Part shown: in pieces, positions 45,237 through 56,999 of the stretch
Layout of the letters: each line of letters begins with the position of its first letter
Position numbering within the stretch: the first letter of the stretch is position 1
Position numbers and translations under genes: made by a program
The notes under the pieces: model-generated
Databases searched by the model: none
What the model was told of the DNA's origin: nothing
What the model saw: the letters and a program-made list of their open reading frames with translations, nothing else
Source: an uncultured Nitrososphaerales archaeon
GTDB taxonomy: Archaea; Thermoproteota; Nitrososphaeria; Nitrososphaerales; Nitrososphaeraceae
Assembly: GCA_963695855.1 (NCBI GenBank)
Contig: CAVOHZ010000003.1
Coordinates: forward strand, 352,001-416,000
Direction of reading: 5' to 3'
DNA: 64,000 bases

Positions 45237-46399
45237 ATGGTAAGTTAAGTCTCTAATCTTTTATCAACATTATTCTATCCATTTATCACAAATATAGAAA
45301 TGGATTTAGCTTTGTCATTACATCTTTCAACATGTGCCAAATACCCCTGTTAGGCTTGAATTATCTACTGTACACAAAAAAAAGAACTAGTTTCATTCAT
45401 GAAGAGTACTCATGATAAAGAGGAATACAGAAGAGCGTCTGCTATAAAGCAAAAGACAGAAGGAATACCTTATAGAACAATAGCCAGAAATGTTGGTGTC
45501 AATTATCGTAATGTGTATGACTGGATTAACAATTACAGAAAACATGGTCTGGATGGAATAAGAAATAAGAGAAAGAATGGAGGTAGAAAACCAGTAATAT
45601 CTACCGACAAAAACAAAGAGATGGTAAAAGACATAGTACTAAACAAGTCTCCTAAAACATTTGGTTATCTCAAAAATACATGGAGTATTAGGCTATTGGC
45701 TACGTATCTTTCCTCACTATTAGAAATGAATGTCAGTCCAATGCAAACATGGAGGATTATTCAAGATTTAGGCATAGCATACAAACAGCCAAAACTTGAA
45801 CTAGAAAAAGGAGAGGATTATGAGGAAAAGAAAGGAAAGATAGAAGGGTACAAAAAGATATCGTCTGCTCTTTTAAAAAAAGATTCTAATGGGATTTGAA
45901 GATGAAACATGGTTACACCTGCAACCATACATAACCAGGACATACATGAGAAGAGGAGAACAGCAAAAGATACTACACAGCGGATCTAAAAGCAAGGTCA
46001 ATGTATTCATAATACTTCTTTATCCATTAAATGGAATCAAATTCAATACAAGCAAGACAAGAAATAGCAATGATTTCATAAACCATCTAAACAGCATCAA
46101 AAGATATGTAAGAAAAAGGAACATCAAGAGATTCATACTTGTAATAGACAATGCATCATTTCATGTAAGCAAAAAGACGAAACAGTTTATAGAAAAACAA
46201 TCATACTGGCTAACTGTACTATTTCTACCAACTCGTGCACCATTCCTAAATATAGTAGAAACAAAAGTAAATAGGAATCTGAAAAAAGACATATGCGCTA
46301 ATTACAACTATGAAACAGAAGAAAATCTGTTATGTACTGTAAGAAGGTATCTTAGATCTATGGATAGTTGGCCTAAATTCTGATACTTAACTTAGGATA
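45237..46399 (+). mobile_element. IS630-family element, two ORFs joined by -1 frameshift
   Basis: TAAGTTAAGT/ACTTAACTTA ends; ORFs 45399-45899 and 45889-46383 (FEDE, IDNASFH, PFLNIVE); TTTTAAAAAAAG slippery site; related to 31416-32585. Confidence 0.92.
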
Positions 46400-46620
46400 G
46401 AATCTCATATGCTTATGTACAAAGTCATTTATTTATATCACACTATACTTTGGTTATAACCCGTATCATATACCAATGACAATTTTTAATTATGCAAAAA
46501 TTAGTAGCACGGAGACTACATTTGTTTTTCATATTATTCCATAAAAGAGACACCATATAAGCTATACTCATTAAAAGTGATTCTAAAAGTATAAAAAGTA
46601 TAAGGTACATATATAATCAT

Positions 46621-46911
46621 ATGATTCCAACTAGTATTTTTTTTAGTCTTTTAATTTTAATTGCTTCCGTATTAGGTTCAAATACAATTTATGCACAATC
46701 CGATAACAGCACTTCTGAACAAATCAAAAGTACTGCAGAACAGATAAAAGATTTGGCCTCGAAGGTCGCTAATAATACCAGCAATGATATTGATACAGAA
46801 CAAGCAAAAAAAATCCTTATTCAGTTAGGAGATGCAGCAAGAAAAATAGCGTTAGGTGGAGCGGATGTCTTGTCTAATATAAGTGCCGAGATTAAGTCTG
46901 GGCTAAAATAA
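46621..46911 (+). CDS. Small secreted helical protein
   Basis: Signal peptide ending IYAQ; amphipathic helices. Confidence 0.7.
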   Translation: MIPTSIFFSLLILIASVLGSNTIYAQSDNSTSEQIKSTAEQIKDLASKVANNTSNDIDTEQAKKILIQLGDAARKIALGGADVLSNISAEIKSGLK

Positions 46912-47814
46912 ATAATTTTTTAAATTAATCTAAGAAAGACAATAAAAAAATCTTGTATTTATAAAGATTCCAATAACATTATAGGCAAGCGAGCGGACCA
47001 TATATGAATATTCCAAAAAATATAAGATCTATTTCATGTACCCAAAGATCTGTAATGACCATTTATAATCTGAAGTAAAAAACAAATTGTCCGATTTATT
47101 ATTTTGTTCTATTTGCAATATAAATATTTATTCATCGTATTTAAACCAAATCTTTAACAAGTATTTTTTCAAAACTGCTATTTTATTTTAGAGCTGATAT
47201 AATGGTATTGTGATATATTCTTTTATATTTTATGAGAAACCTCAGTATAATAAATTCTCCACATTTTGATATTCAATTTGGTAGCAAAGAGCAGATTTTT
47301 AAATTGAAGAATGAAGATTATACTCAAGGAAATTTAGTCGATGCATATCTAGACAAGAAAATCAAATGACTAATGAATAAATTGAATTCATTAAATTGAT
47401 CATCTTATAATGATTTAACATATTATAATGATTCTATGACAACATCGATAAAGATAGTACAATGAATTAAATATAAAAATGTAAATAGAACGTTATTTAG
47501 ATAACCGAAATTATACACAGTCATAATGAATTTTCAATTACTCAGAGATTGAAAAAATAATATAGAATTGATACAGATATAGTTCTTGATAATATATCCA
47601 CATGCAATGAATGAAATATCAATCTTGAATCAATTAAATAAAGGCTGGTAGTAATTTAACTTCACGGTGGTCAGGCCTCAAGTCTTAAAATGAATTTTAG
47701 AATACTTCGAGTCTTACTTGTAATTACTATATTCGTGTATATTGTGAGCATTAGAATTGTATTCATATGAATTCATTAATAAAATTTTGGAAGATAGATA
47801 GTATGGCGTTAAAT

Positions 47815-48387
47815 TCATTTCTCTACAAGAGATGAAGTGAATTTTACTGGCGCAATGACTTCATTTATCGTACTATTTGCAGGAACAATCTTGTCTACTA
47901 AAACAGTAAGATTTCCTCTATATTCATTAAAGTTGACATCATAAAATCCTCGTCCACTTAGTGCTGATTGATTGATTTTCTTCCATATCTCATTACCTTT
48001 AGAGTCGTAAATAATTATATTAAAATTTTTAATCGGAACTACTCTCTCCAATGTTGACGGAACTGACAACCCCGAACTTGCAAATGTATCTCCAGTGTTA
48101 TTTGATTCCATTGGAGATATAGTTTTTGTGGTATGTTCTGGCAGTGTTCCATTCAAAAAAGCTATTTCTATTGGAAAATTATTTATATCATGAGAAGGAG
48201 ACGATTTCAATTCAATATTAAGAATATTATCTGTTGAATTCTTTTCTAAAACCGGTGACTTTAGCTCCCACATCTCTACATTTTCTGATCCGGCAAAAGC
48301 AGAATACAAGATAAACGTAGACCACAATACAAATACACTCAAAATAGACATAAAAATATCGACCTCATGTAAATTAACATTCAACAT
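47815..48387 (-). CDS. Secreted/surface beta-rich hypothetical protein
   Basis: Hydrophobic leader ending AFA; FNIIIYDSKGNEIW...YRGNLTVLV. Confidence 0.65.
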   Translation of the reverse strand: MLNVNLHEVDIFMSILSVFVLWSTFILYSAFAGSENVEMWELKSPVLEKNSTDNILNIELKSSPSHDINNFPIEIAFLNGTLPEHTTKTISPMESNNTGDTFASSGLSVPSTLERVVPIKNFNIIIYDSKGNEIWKKINQSALSGRGFYDVNFNEYRGNLTVLVDKIVPANSTINEVIAPVKFTSSLVEK

Positions 48388-48870
48388 TCGATATAACCAT
48401 TACAGTTATTAGATAATTTTTGCCAGATATGCTCACGTATATAGATTATTACATAGCTATAAGAATATACATCTAGTATTCCAAATATTGACGGAGGCCT
48501 AAAATTGTGCATGCAAATCAATCATCATTTATGCCGGGATCGATTTCTCGATGATATTCCAATTAAATGTAAGGAAACAGTAATCCAAAATATATAAAAT
48601 TTGGAACTTTTTGTCATCTTTTTAAGAAAAAATGCGTTTTGTAATTTTAATATAATTTTTATGAGTCGCTTTTTTTAAAAAATACATATGTTTTTAGTTC
48701 TTTCGTTCTTATTTTCAGTCTTTCACATACTTGTACTAACACATTTCCAGGAATCACTTCTTTCTTGTTTTGGTTTGAATTGGGGATACCCAGAACATTT
48801 GCTTTCAAATGACCTTATTCGTAATTGTTATAACATATTTAAATGATTAGACCTAATTCAGTTTACCCAT

Positions 48871-48951
48871 AAAAATAGTCCAAGTTTTGACTCCGTTCCT
48901 TGTGACTAGGGGAGAAGGCAAGCCAAACACGGAGTTGGCTAAGGCCTTCTC
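48871..48951 (-). ncRNA. Candidate ~80-nt small RNA: two hairpins with complementary loops and a 3' T-run
   Basis: Hairpin A GAGAAGGC..AGCCAA[CTCCGTGT]TTGGCT.GCCTTCTC; hairpin B TAGTC.CAAG[GAACGGAGTCAAAA]CTTGGACTA followed by TTTTT. Confidence 0.5.
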
Positions 48952-49016
48952 TTAAAATTAAATATCTGTTCGTGAACAATTCGAAGGAATAAAACTAAAA
49001 TTTAAAATCTGCATAT

Positions 49017-50084
49017 TATACTCAATAACATTAGTTCGTAGACCTTAAGAGATATTTTGTTATGTCTAGTTGGAATCTTTTGGTTCTATAATACCTTGTT
49101 ATTGTATATTTGAGATTCTTGAAATTGGAGTAGTAATTAGATAGAATGTAATACTTACCTTGTCTCCAGCATTCTTCTACTGCATTAAATTCAGGAGAAC
49201 CAACAGGAAAATATTCCAGTCTGATGGTATCCTTATTAGTATCAAGAAATCTTCTTGTAATCTTTGAACAGTGAGGTGTAGCTCTATCAACAAATATGAT
49301 GTATTTACCAAATCTTTTCTGTACATGTTTTAGATAATCAACAAATGTATTGCTGTTAAATTTATCATATTGTTTGACTAACTGTTTACCATCGAAAGAT
49401 AGACTGCCAAAAACAATAGTTTTCTTACGAGAACCAGTAACTGTAACTATCGGTCTTTTTCCTGCAGAAATCCATTTCTTTCTTCTTATCAGATAATCAT
49501 ATACAAAGATGGATTCATCCTGTACAAGTACAGTCCAATCTGATTTTAAATTGGCTAGAATCTGTTTTACTCTTTTTTGAATTTCTTTTTATCCTTTATT
49601 GAAGCAGTATTTACAAATCTTTTTTGTGGTACTTTAGGTTGGAAGCCCCATTTGTGTAATAGACGATAAATATGTACCTCATGATATCTGACTCCAGTTT
49701 TATTGTATATTAAATCCATTACCTGTCTGAAATCCCATCCCGTATTACTATCTGTTAGTTCTTTTTGTATCTTTACCATTATCTCTTTTGGTACATCTGG
49801 AGGTCTACCACTTCTTTCCCTATCTTTCAATCCATCTAATCCATCTTCGTTATATCTTTTGTACCACTTGTAAGCCCATGCTCTGGATCTATGCAATTCT
49901 TTTGCTACATTTACGATATGTTGATTGTCTTCTACTATACGTCTAACAAGAAATATTCTTTCCTTTACATCTGCATCTTTTTCTCTATTATATGCTACAT
50001 CTAGTTTAGACGTTCTCAATTATTGAATGTCTATAGATAACAGTTAGCTAAAAGTATATCTACGAAGTTTAGTCAGTCAGTATA
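49017..50084 (-). mobile_element. IS630-family element, probably intact
   Basis: Imperfect TIR TATACT-N12-TTCGTAGA at both ends; ORFA 49567-50019; ORFB about 49031-49575 without its own start (QDES, VDRATPH, SPEFNAVE) after an AAAAAAG slippery site. Confidence 0.92.
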
Positions 50085-50253
50085 GTTTCTATCATATTAT
50101 TCTTAAAGACGGATTGGGAAACGAATTTTACTTCAAATTAGATCACAATATAATTCGAGAAGATTATAATATATTAATCGTTTTAAATCCTTTCAAGTAT
50201 AACAAATTAACAATAATGTATTTTTGAATAAAATATTAAATTAAAAAAAATGC

Positions 50254-50451
50254 TTAAACAGAATCCCTATCGGATTCTGTTTCATCTACTGTTTCAGCAG
50301 CCTCTGCTCTCAAATTCTCTGCCGGTCCAGTAGTCGAAGGATCAGACTCTGCTGCTCCTACGTCGTTTTGATCATCTTGAATCGAATCTAAATCTTCCTC
50401 TTTTTTAAATCTCTTATCCTTGTTGTTGTTTTCAGAATATATATCACTCAT
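50254..50451 (-). CDS. Small acidic hydrophilic protein
   Basis: 65 aa, D/E-rich, STTGPAENLR core, TATA upstream. Confidence 0.7.
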   Translation of the reverse strand: MSDIYSENNNKDKRFKKEEDLDSIQDDQNDVGAAESDPSTTGPAENLRAEAAETVDETESDRDSV

Positions 50452-50640
50452 TGATATTATATATGCAACAAAGGTTATAAAGTTGATATGAATATCTGAC
50501 TAAATAACCTACTAATTAATATTAGATGAAATAAATTGATGGATGAATTATTCAATCATCCATTTTTAAATAATAAATTTGTTCTAAAAAAAATAGGATA
50601 TTACATTTCTACAGAGAACGACTGAGTTAATCAATATAGA

Positions 50641-51651
50641 TTATTCATCTAACAATAATTGAAGCTCTGTAGGTGAAGGTTCCGTTTTTCTTTCGTATTT
50701 TGCTGCTAACAATGTGGATGGCAATTTTACCCAAATATAACTACCATCATAATTCTCAATATGTTTTTTTGGGATATAATACATGTGAACATTCACAACT
50801 CCATCTCTTACTACTATGACATCGTTGGCTACCCGGTCCACATCGCCTACGTCAATATCGTCACTTGCTCTCACTTTTTTATGTATAACCTCTTCCCAAG
50901 GCACATTTAACAATTCCTTCGATTTGGATTCGCTTTGTACTTCAATGCCGGGCTCTTTTGCCATAAATGGTATTAACTCGGGAGAATCACCTTTGTCATA
51001 TAACAAATCAGATTCTAGAGGAGGACTCTCTCTTTCATATTTTGATTCAATTTCATCCTTAAAAAGAGATGAGTATACATGTTGGCCATCATATTCTTTA
51101 AGATATTTTTTTGGAATAAAATACCTATTCTTGTGTACTAATCCATCTTCAACTTCAACAAAATGTTGCGCAACACTCTTGATTTTTCCGACCTTCTTAT
51201 TATCACTGGATTTTACTTCTTTATCCAATAGTTCTGCCCAACTCACACCCATCATCTCTTCTTTTGATAATGACTTTCCACTATCAGTGTTCAAATTTTC
51301 TGTTTTTTCGTAGCGTGGGTAAATTCCTTCGTTGAATTTAGGATATTTTTCATCAACATACGCCTTTCTTTCTTGGTATGAAACATCATCATTAAAGACT
51401 TCAGATGGAGGAGCTTCGTCTTGGTTTACAAATTTTTCTTTAACCTCATTCTCTGTTAAAGAAATCCAAACATCATCACCGTCATAACTGTCAAAATAAT
51501 ACTTCGGTATAAAAAAATGGTCTTTTCCCATTGTTCCCTTTTCGACCTCAACAAAATGATTTAATACATTTTTTATCTTTCCTAAATCTTTATCATCAAC
51601 AGATTTAATTTTTTTGTCTTTCGCTTTTTCCCAAGAAAGAGTGACTACCAA
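50641..51651 (-). CDS. Protein with three PRC-barrel/DUF2171-like repeats
   Basis: Three repeats of W....K.V.S.D...G.....(F/Y)(F/Y)IPK....YDG. Confidence 0.85.
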   Translation of the reverse strand: MVVTLSWEKAKDKKIKSVDDKDLGKIKNVLNHFVEVEKGTMGKDHFFIPKYYFDSYDGDDVWISLTENEVKEKFVNQDEAPPSEVFNDDVSYQERKAYVDEKYPKFNEGIYPRYEKTENLNTDSGKSLSKEEMMGVSWAELLDKEVKSSDNKKVGKIKSVAQHFVEVEDGLVHKNRYFIPKKYLKEYDGQHVYSSLFKDEIESKYERESPPLESDLLYDKGDSPELIPFMAKEPGIEVQSESKSKELLNVPWEEVIHKKVRASDDIDVGDVDRVANDVIVVRDGVVNVHMYYIPKKHIENYDGSYIWVKLPSTLLAAKYERKTEPSPTELQLLLDE

Positions 51652-51763
51652 TTTATCTGATCTTAATAATGCAACATATCATATATTAGTTTAAGAATTA
51701 GGATATTATCTTTCTCATGCATTCAATAAATTAAGCCTTATATCCTTTGTGGAACAATAAACA

Positions 51764-52198
51764 TTGTACATGAATAAAGATAATTCTGTTTCTGGTCCTA
51801 CAATATTATGGGGGGAAATAAAGGATCATAAAGTAAAATCTATAGATGGTAAAGATATGGGAAAAATTAAGGTCATTTCTCAAAATCACTTTATGGTAGA
51901 AAAAGGACTTACCAAAAAGACCAAATTCTGGATTCCAAAATTTCTGGCCGATGTATACGATGGTCAATGCCTATGGTTAAACGTAGAAAAAAAAGACATA
52001 ATTGATGCTTTTTATTATGACAAAGAACCTGAAAAAATACGACATCAAAAAGACCTATCTAGCTTCAACACAAAATATGGCTTTAATAAATCAATCGATT
52101 CAGATGAAAAGATACCTATTGGAAGAAATAAAGATTCGTCTGTTACTCAACAACGTGCATCAAAACAGCACTATAAGAATATTAGGGATCTAAAATAG
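51764..52198 (+). CDS. Single PRC-barrel/DUF2171-like domain protein
   Basis: WGEIKDHKVKSIDGKDMGKI...FWIPKFLADVYDG; divergent from its three-repeat paralogue. Confidence 0.8.
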   Translation: MYMNKDNSVSGPTILWGEIKDHKVKSIDGKDMGKIKVISQNHFMVEKGLTKKTKFWIPKFLADVYDGQCLWLNVEKKDIIDAFYYDKEPEKIRHQKDLSSFNTKYGFNKSIDSDEKIPIGRNKDSSVTQQRASKQHYKNIRDLK

Positions 52199-52436
52199 AA
52201 TTAGACATTAAAATATAATAAAATTTTGTTTGTTCTAACCTGTTGTTTTATCGTATACTAAATTTATTCATGCTAATTCATCAGTTCAATTAACTTAAAG
52301 AACATAAATTAACTTTGATTGGTTAATACGATCGTTTTGTTATTTTCTTATTTCATTGAAATATATGAATAAAATTTCTCTTTTTTAAAAAAGTCTATAC
52401 TATATAATTTAATTCGATGTTTTGTTCAATATAAAA

Positions 52437-54771
52437 TTATTTTATAATATCCTGATTATTATTTTTGAAAGGTAAAGTAAATATAAAATTTGCTCCTTTA
52501 CCATTTTCATTATTTTTACCCCATATTTTGCCTCCATGAGCTTCAACAATATTTTTAGATAAATACAATCCTAGACCAGTTCCTTTTTCAGATTTAGTTA
52601 CGAATTTTTTAAACAATCTTGGTAGTATCGTTGGATTCTATTCCCGTACCATTATCTTTGATACTGATTATTATTTGAACATTAGGACTATTTTTTATTT
52701 CAGTAGTTATTGTACCGTTCTCCGTAAACTTATAAGCGTTGCTTAATAGGTTAGATAATACTTCTTGTATTCTATTTTTGTCTGCATATAAAAATACATT
52801 ATTTCTTTCGTCTCTGTTGTAATCATTATTATTAGCAACATAAACTAATCTAAAATGATTATTATTTTTATTTCGAGATTTATTTGTAAAATCGTTTATC
52901 GTTTCTTCGATCAAATCATATATATCAAATTGTTCCTTTTCTAATTTTAAAGTATTGCTTTCGATTCGTGCTATCTCTAAAAGGAGTTCTGTTAATCGAT
53001 AAAGTCTTTCTGAATTTCTGTCTAAAGGATCCAAGTATTTTTGAAAGTTTTCTGGTCTCATTTTTATCAGTTCCATATATCCAACTATCGACTGCGTCGG
53101 AGTCCTCAGTTCATGAGCTGCTATATTTATAAACTCCTGTTGCATTTTATCATGCACTTGAAGTTGCTCAATTGCTTCTGTAAGCTTTTTATTTATTGAT
53201 GTGATTTCTTCGAGAGCTTTTTTTAGGTCTATTGTGGTATCAGAAAGTTCTTCATTTGTACTTCTTATATTTTCATATAATTTCTTTTGTCTCCAAATTG
53301 TGTCAAAAATAGAAATATATGATAGAATTGTTGATTTTGCATTTGTATATGTCGCAGATCCTATTGCCCGCCAGACCTCTTTTTGAGAATCATCTTTTGT
53401 TTCTATTGCCAAAAGTTTTTTTCTATCCACAATGAGACAAGTTGTTTTAATTTTTGTAACAGATTCAATTTTTTTAAATTCAATATTCAATTTTCGTCTG
53501 TGACTTCTATTATTTTTATTTGTCTCTAGAATATTATTTATTCGTTGATCTACGATCTTGTTAGTAGGAGTCAATACTCTAAAATAAAATTTTGTATTAA
53601 TAGCATTTCCTGTTTTTACAGTTGATCGTTTAGTTATGGTTTCCCAAATCTTCAGATTATATTCTCTAAGAAATGCATTTACAGATGGTAAAATTAATAA
53701 AACTTCAGAAGTAGCGTTGCTAATAAGCTTTAATAGCAAGTCCTGAGTCTTGTGTGTATTTTCTATTATTTCTGTGAATTCTTCCTCCTCATATTCCTCC
53801 CTACCTCTTTCCAAATAGGATTTGACATCGTTTACCCTCAGGGAACCATCCAAACCTCGCGTCCAAAGATCTTCAAACACTTTTTTATATTGCTTTATCA
53901 GATTTGCATCATTAGTGATAATAATATTTTGAGGTGATCCATTAATTATGAAAAAAGGATCCATAAAAATACTTACCATAAAGTCAGATAATATAAAATT
54001 CATTGGAGGCAGCTTATTTGAATGTTTTATCTTTATTCCATTATCAAGAAATTTTTCAGCACAACGAACATTATTCTTATTTATGGTTGAAATGTATCTA
54101 ATATTTCTACTAATTAAGCCCCCTTGGTTTCTAAGTGACCTATTCAATATATCGGAAAGATATTTATATATATTATCAAACTCAAGCTTAGGTAAATATA
54201 TATCCAATCGTTCAGGTTTATTACCATCTTTTTTAAAAAACTCTAAAGCCTGCGTTAGAGATTTTACATGTTTAAAGTAGAATTCACTTCCTTTTTGTTC
54301 TTCGATCTCTTCTTTTTCCTCTTTGATATCTTTCGCACGTGTCCATAAATTTTCAAAAATATGTTTCTGTGCTTTTGACATTTCTTTTGTGTTACTATAT
54401 AAGAATGGAGCGGAAACATCTTCAGAAGACATGGGTACAATATTATATAGAATTTCTTTCTCACTTAATACAAAAACATCAATAACGTTGGACAAATTCC
54501 TTACTTTTGAAACTGACATGAATTTTTTAATAAATAATAAATTCTCTCTTTGAATATTTGTGATGTACCTAACCTTTACGCCTCGCCTGTAAGCCTCTTT
54601 ATAACTATTCAATAAACAATTTTTATCTGAAGAATCCTGCACAATAAGAGAACTTAGACACACACCTAAGTTTTCAGATGAATTTTCTATTACTTCTTGT
54701 ACCCTTTTAAGAATATCTTCTTTTCCTTTTATAATTTCTGTTTCAAAAATATCGTTCTCGAGGTCTTTCAT
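52437..54771 (-). pseudogene. Cytoplasmic histidine kinase with three TrmB/PLD-like input modules, frameshift in HATPase
   Basis: FENLW, FEDLW, FDTIW modules; AAHELRTP; NLLSNAYKF; DNGTG, then frameshift near 52630 to ILPRLFKKFVTKSEKGTGLGL..F.FTLP with stop at 52437. Confidence 0.9.
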
Positions 54772-55244
54772 ACATCTTTTGATTATATTTGCACCTTTTA
54801 GTTAATAATGGTTTCAGACTATGACTTGTTGTATTTCGAAAGATCCTTTTCTGACCAATCAGATTTCCCTCTTCTGATTTCAATCGTATACGAATTTTGA
54901 TTTCTGCCATATAATAATAGTTGAATTTAATTTGTCTTATAGGTCCCATTTACTCATCTTTGAATTTTTATTTCTCTTTTACCGAAGCTGTGCTTGGATA
55001 ACGTTTCGTTGACTGTTTTGAAGTAACTATGGGCGTTCATAGAGTCATACCCCCGAGTATTTCTATTTGTATCTCTGATGCAGTGTCTATCTAAAATTCA
55101 TTCAATGCAACCCAGCTAATTCTTTTCTTTTTTTACGCTTTGCATCTTGTCCTATTGAATACGACTAACGACTGTTATTTTTAGGCGTGTTTTTAGGCGT
55201 TTCAACCCATTATCAATACATCTCTTTTACTCTGTGTAGCCTAT

Positions 55245-55294
55245 TACAAATTGGAAGACTCTACAAATTGGAAGATTCTATAAATTGGAAGACT
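55245..55294. repeat. Three tandem copies of a 17-bp unit CTAYAAATTGGAAGAYT
   Basis: Contiguous copies without spacers. Confidence 0.85.
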
Positions 55295-55368
55295 GGTTTT
55301 AATTAAAAATAAGAAAGACAGGAATAAAAAAATATAATGAATTGCCTGATTTCATGTCCTTCAAATCT

Positions 55369-55653
55369 TTAATCCTTTGGTATGTCATCTATCCAAATCC
55401 GTTGTATCAAATGTGTTGGGATTAATTCTCTTCTTAGAATACTATTTGAACTTTCTTTTTTATAGAAAGTAATAGTTACATAATCTGAAACGACCTGTAC
55501 GTTTATAGTTTCACATGTTTTATCGAAAGTAGAGGCATCTAATACCTTAAGTGATTCTTTTAGTGGATCTACACTCTGTTTTTCTATAAAGCATATTACT
55601 ATATTTTTTACTTCTATTCCATGAAATTTTATTTTTGCTGATATATTGCTCAA
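55369..55653 (-). CDS. Hypothetical protein
   Basis: 94-aa beta-rich ORF ending RELIPTHLIQRIWI. Confidence 0.6.
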   Translation of the reverse strand: MSNISAKIKFHGIEVKNIVICFIEKQSVDPLKESLKVLDASTFDKTCETINVQVVSDYVTITFYKKESSNSILRRELIPTHLIQRIWIDDIPKD

Positions 55654-56315
55654 TATTAGTTAATTGGTTTGCAAGGTAAAGAGAGTTTCGATATTACAAA
55701 TTAATAATCAATTTTAATACAACTAATTTAAGTTATTTATCAATTGACTATATATTTGATTATTTTTATTATAAACTGAAATCAGTTTTGTCCGTCTATT
55801 TCTTGCCTGATTTAATTATTATATCAACTTGTTCATAATCAGCACGATCTATTGTCCAATCCTTATTATGATGGAATGGTGCCTTTACGATTAACCCTAT
55901 GGTAGATAGCAAAGGCATATTAGGTTTGCATGCAGAAGTTTCTTCTATCTGATTATGCTTAATGACCTTAGATTGATATCGTTGTGATAAATTCTTATTC
56001 CAAACAGAAATATCATAGGATTTATGTATTTCAACTATATGTGTTGAAATTGTATTCTTAAGTCTAGAATGTCTTTAATTGCTCATAATTTTTTTTATTA
56101 TAAGATTCATCATAACGGGTTGAGAAGAATTTTTTTCTATGCATCGTTTTGTGTACTTATTAGTAGTTTGTATTTTTTATAACAATTTGTATATTTTGAC
56201 TTGAATTATAATATGAATTCAGATCACGACAAATATGCTAATTGTGTTGACGATTTTTCAATAACTTATCTAAATTTTAAGTTTAATATATTATGCTGTA
56301 CATAGTTAAACGGAA

Positions 56316-56549
56316 ATGACAATAAAAATAGAAATTTTTAAAACTGGAATTAACAAAATAACATTAATTACAATTAGCGTGATAGCTATAAGTGCAATAC
56401 TATTTTTAATAAATTACGATGTAGATAAATCATCCCAAGAACAAGGAATTAAATTAACCGATCCCAAAAATGTCACCAATCAGACTTTACAACATGTTCC
56501 AACCGAGGATAAAGACTTGGCTACCGGTATAGAACATAAAGATAAGTAA
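56316..56549 (+). CDS. Small single-TM protein
   Basis: N-terminal hydrophobic helix, polar tail, TATA upstream. Confidence 0.55.
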   Translation: MTIKIEIFKTGINKITLITISVIAISAILFLINYDVDKSSQEQGIKLTDPKNVTNQTLQHVPTEDKDLATGIEHKDK

Positions 56550-56999
56550 CCCCAATCCACAAATATATTACATGTAAGACATGCTATATTAAGGGAACAT
56601 GAGTTCTTTTAAGTATTATTTTCGATGTAAATATTCATAAAATTGCTAATATGATTGCCAAATAAACAAGTTGGAAGAAATAATTTCTGTAAAAGCTGTC
56701 TTTGGAATTATGAATATTAGAACCTTTTAATATAATAATAAGGTTATTCACTGAACAAACAGAATAAAATTAATTCTTGTATAATAGATATAATTAGCAA
56801 ATTTTATTAATAATTGTTAAAAAAAATATTTTTCGCTAGAAATGGGTTATAGAATAATCATATACAAATATTTGAGAATATGGTAGCTTATTTTCTAGGC
56901 ATTTTGATTATTATGTATTAAATAAAATTGTATAAAAAATTATGGAATCTGACATCTTGGACGTTACTACATATTATATTTGAAAGAAATTTGCTATAA

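Noticed and set aside
48680-48830. HicA-like toxin remnant on the minus strand (..NKKEVIPGNVLVQVCERLKI..)
   Set aside because: Resemblance is weak and the frame contains a stop; not supportable as a feature.
50816-51313. 165-aa plus-strand ORF and similar antisense ORFs (e.g. 4298, 6954, 7956, 33732, 34053, 39563, 53948, 61721)
   Set aside because: They overlap well-supported genes on the opposite strand and have S/F/L-rich shadow composition.
55245-55294. Possible mini-CRISPR
   Set aside because: Repeats are contiguous, 17 bp long, with no spacers and no cas genes.
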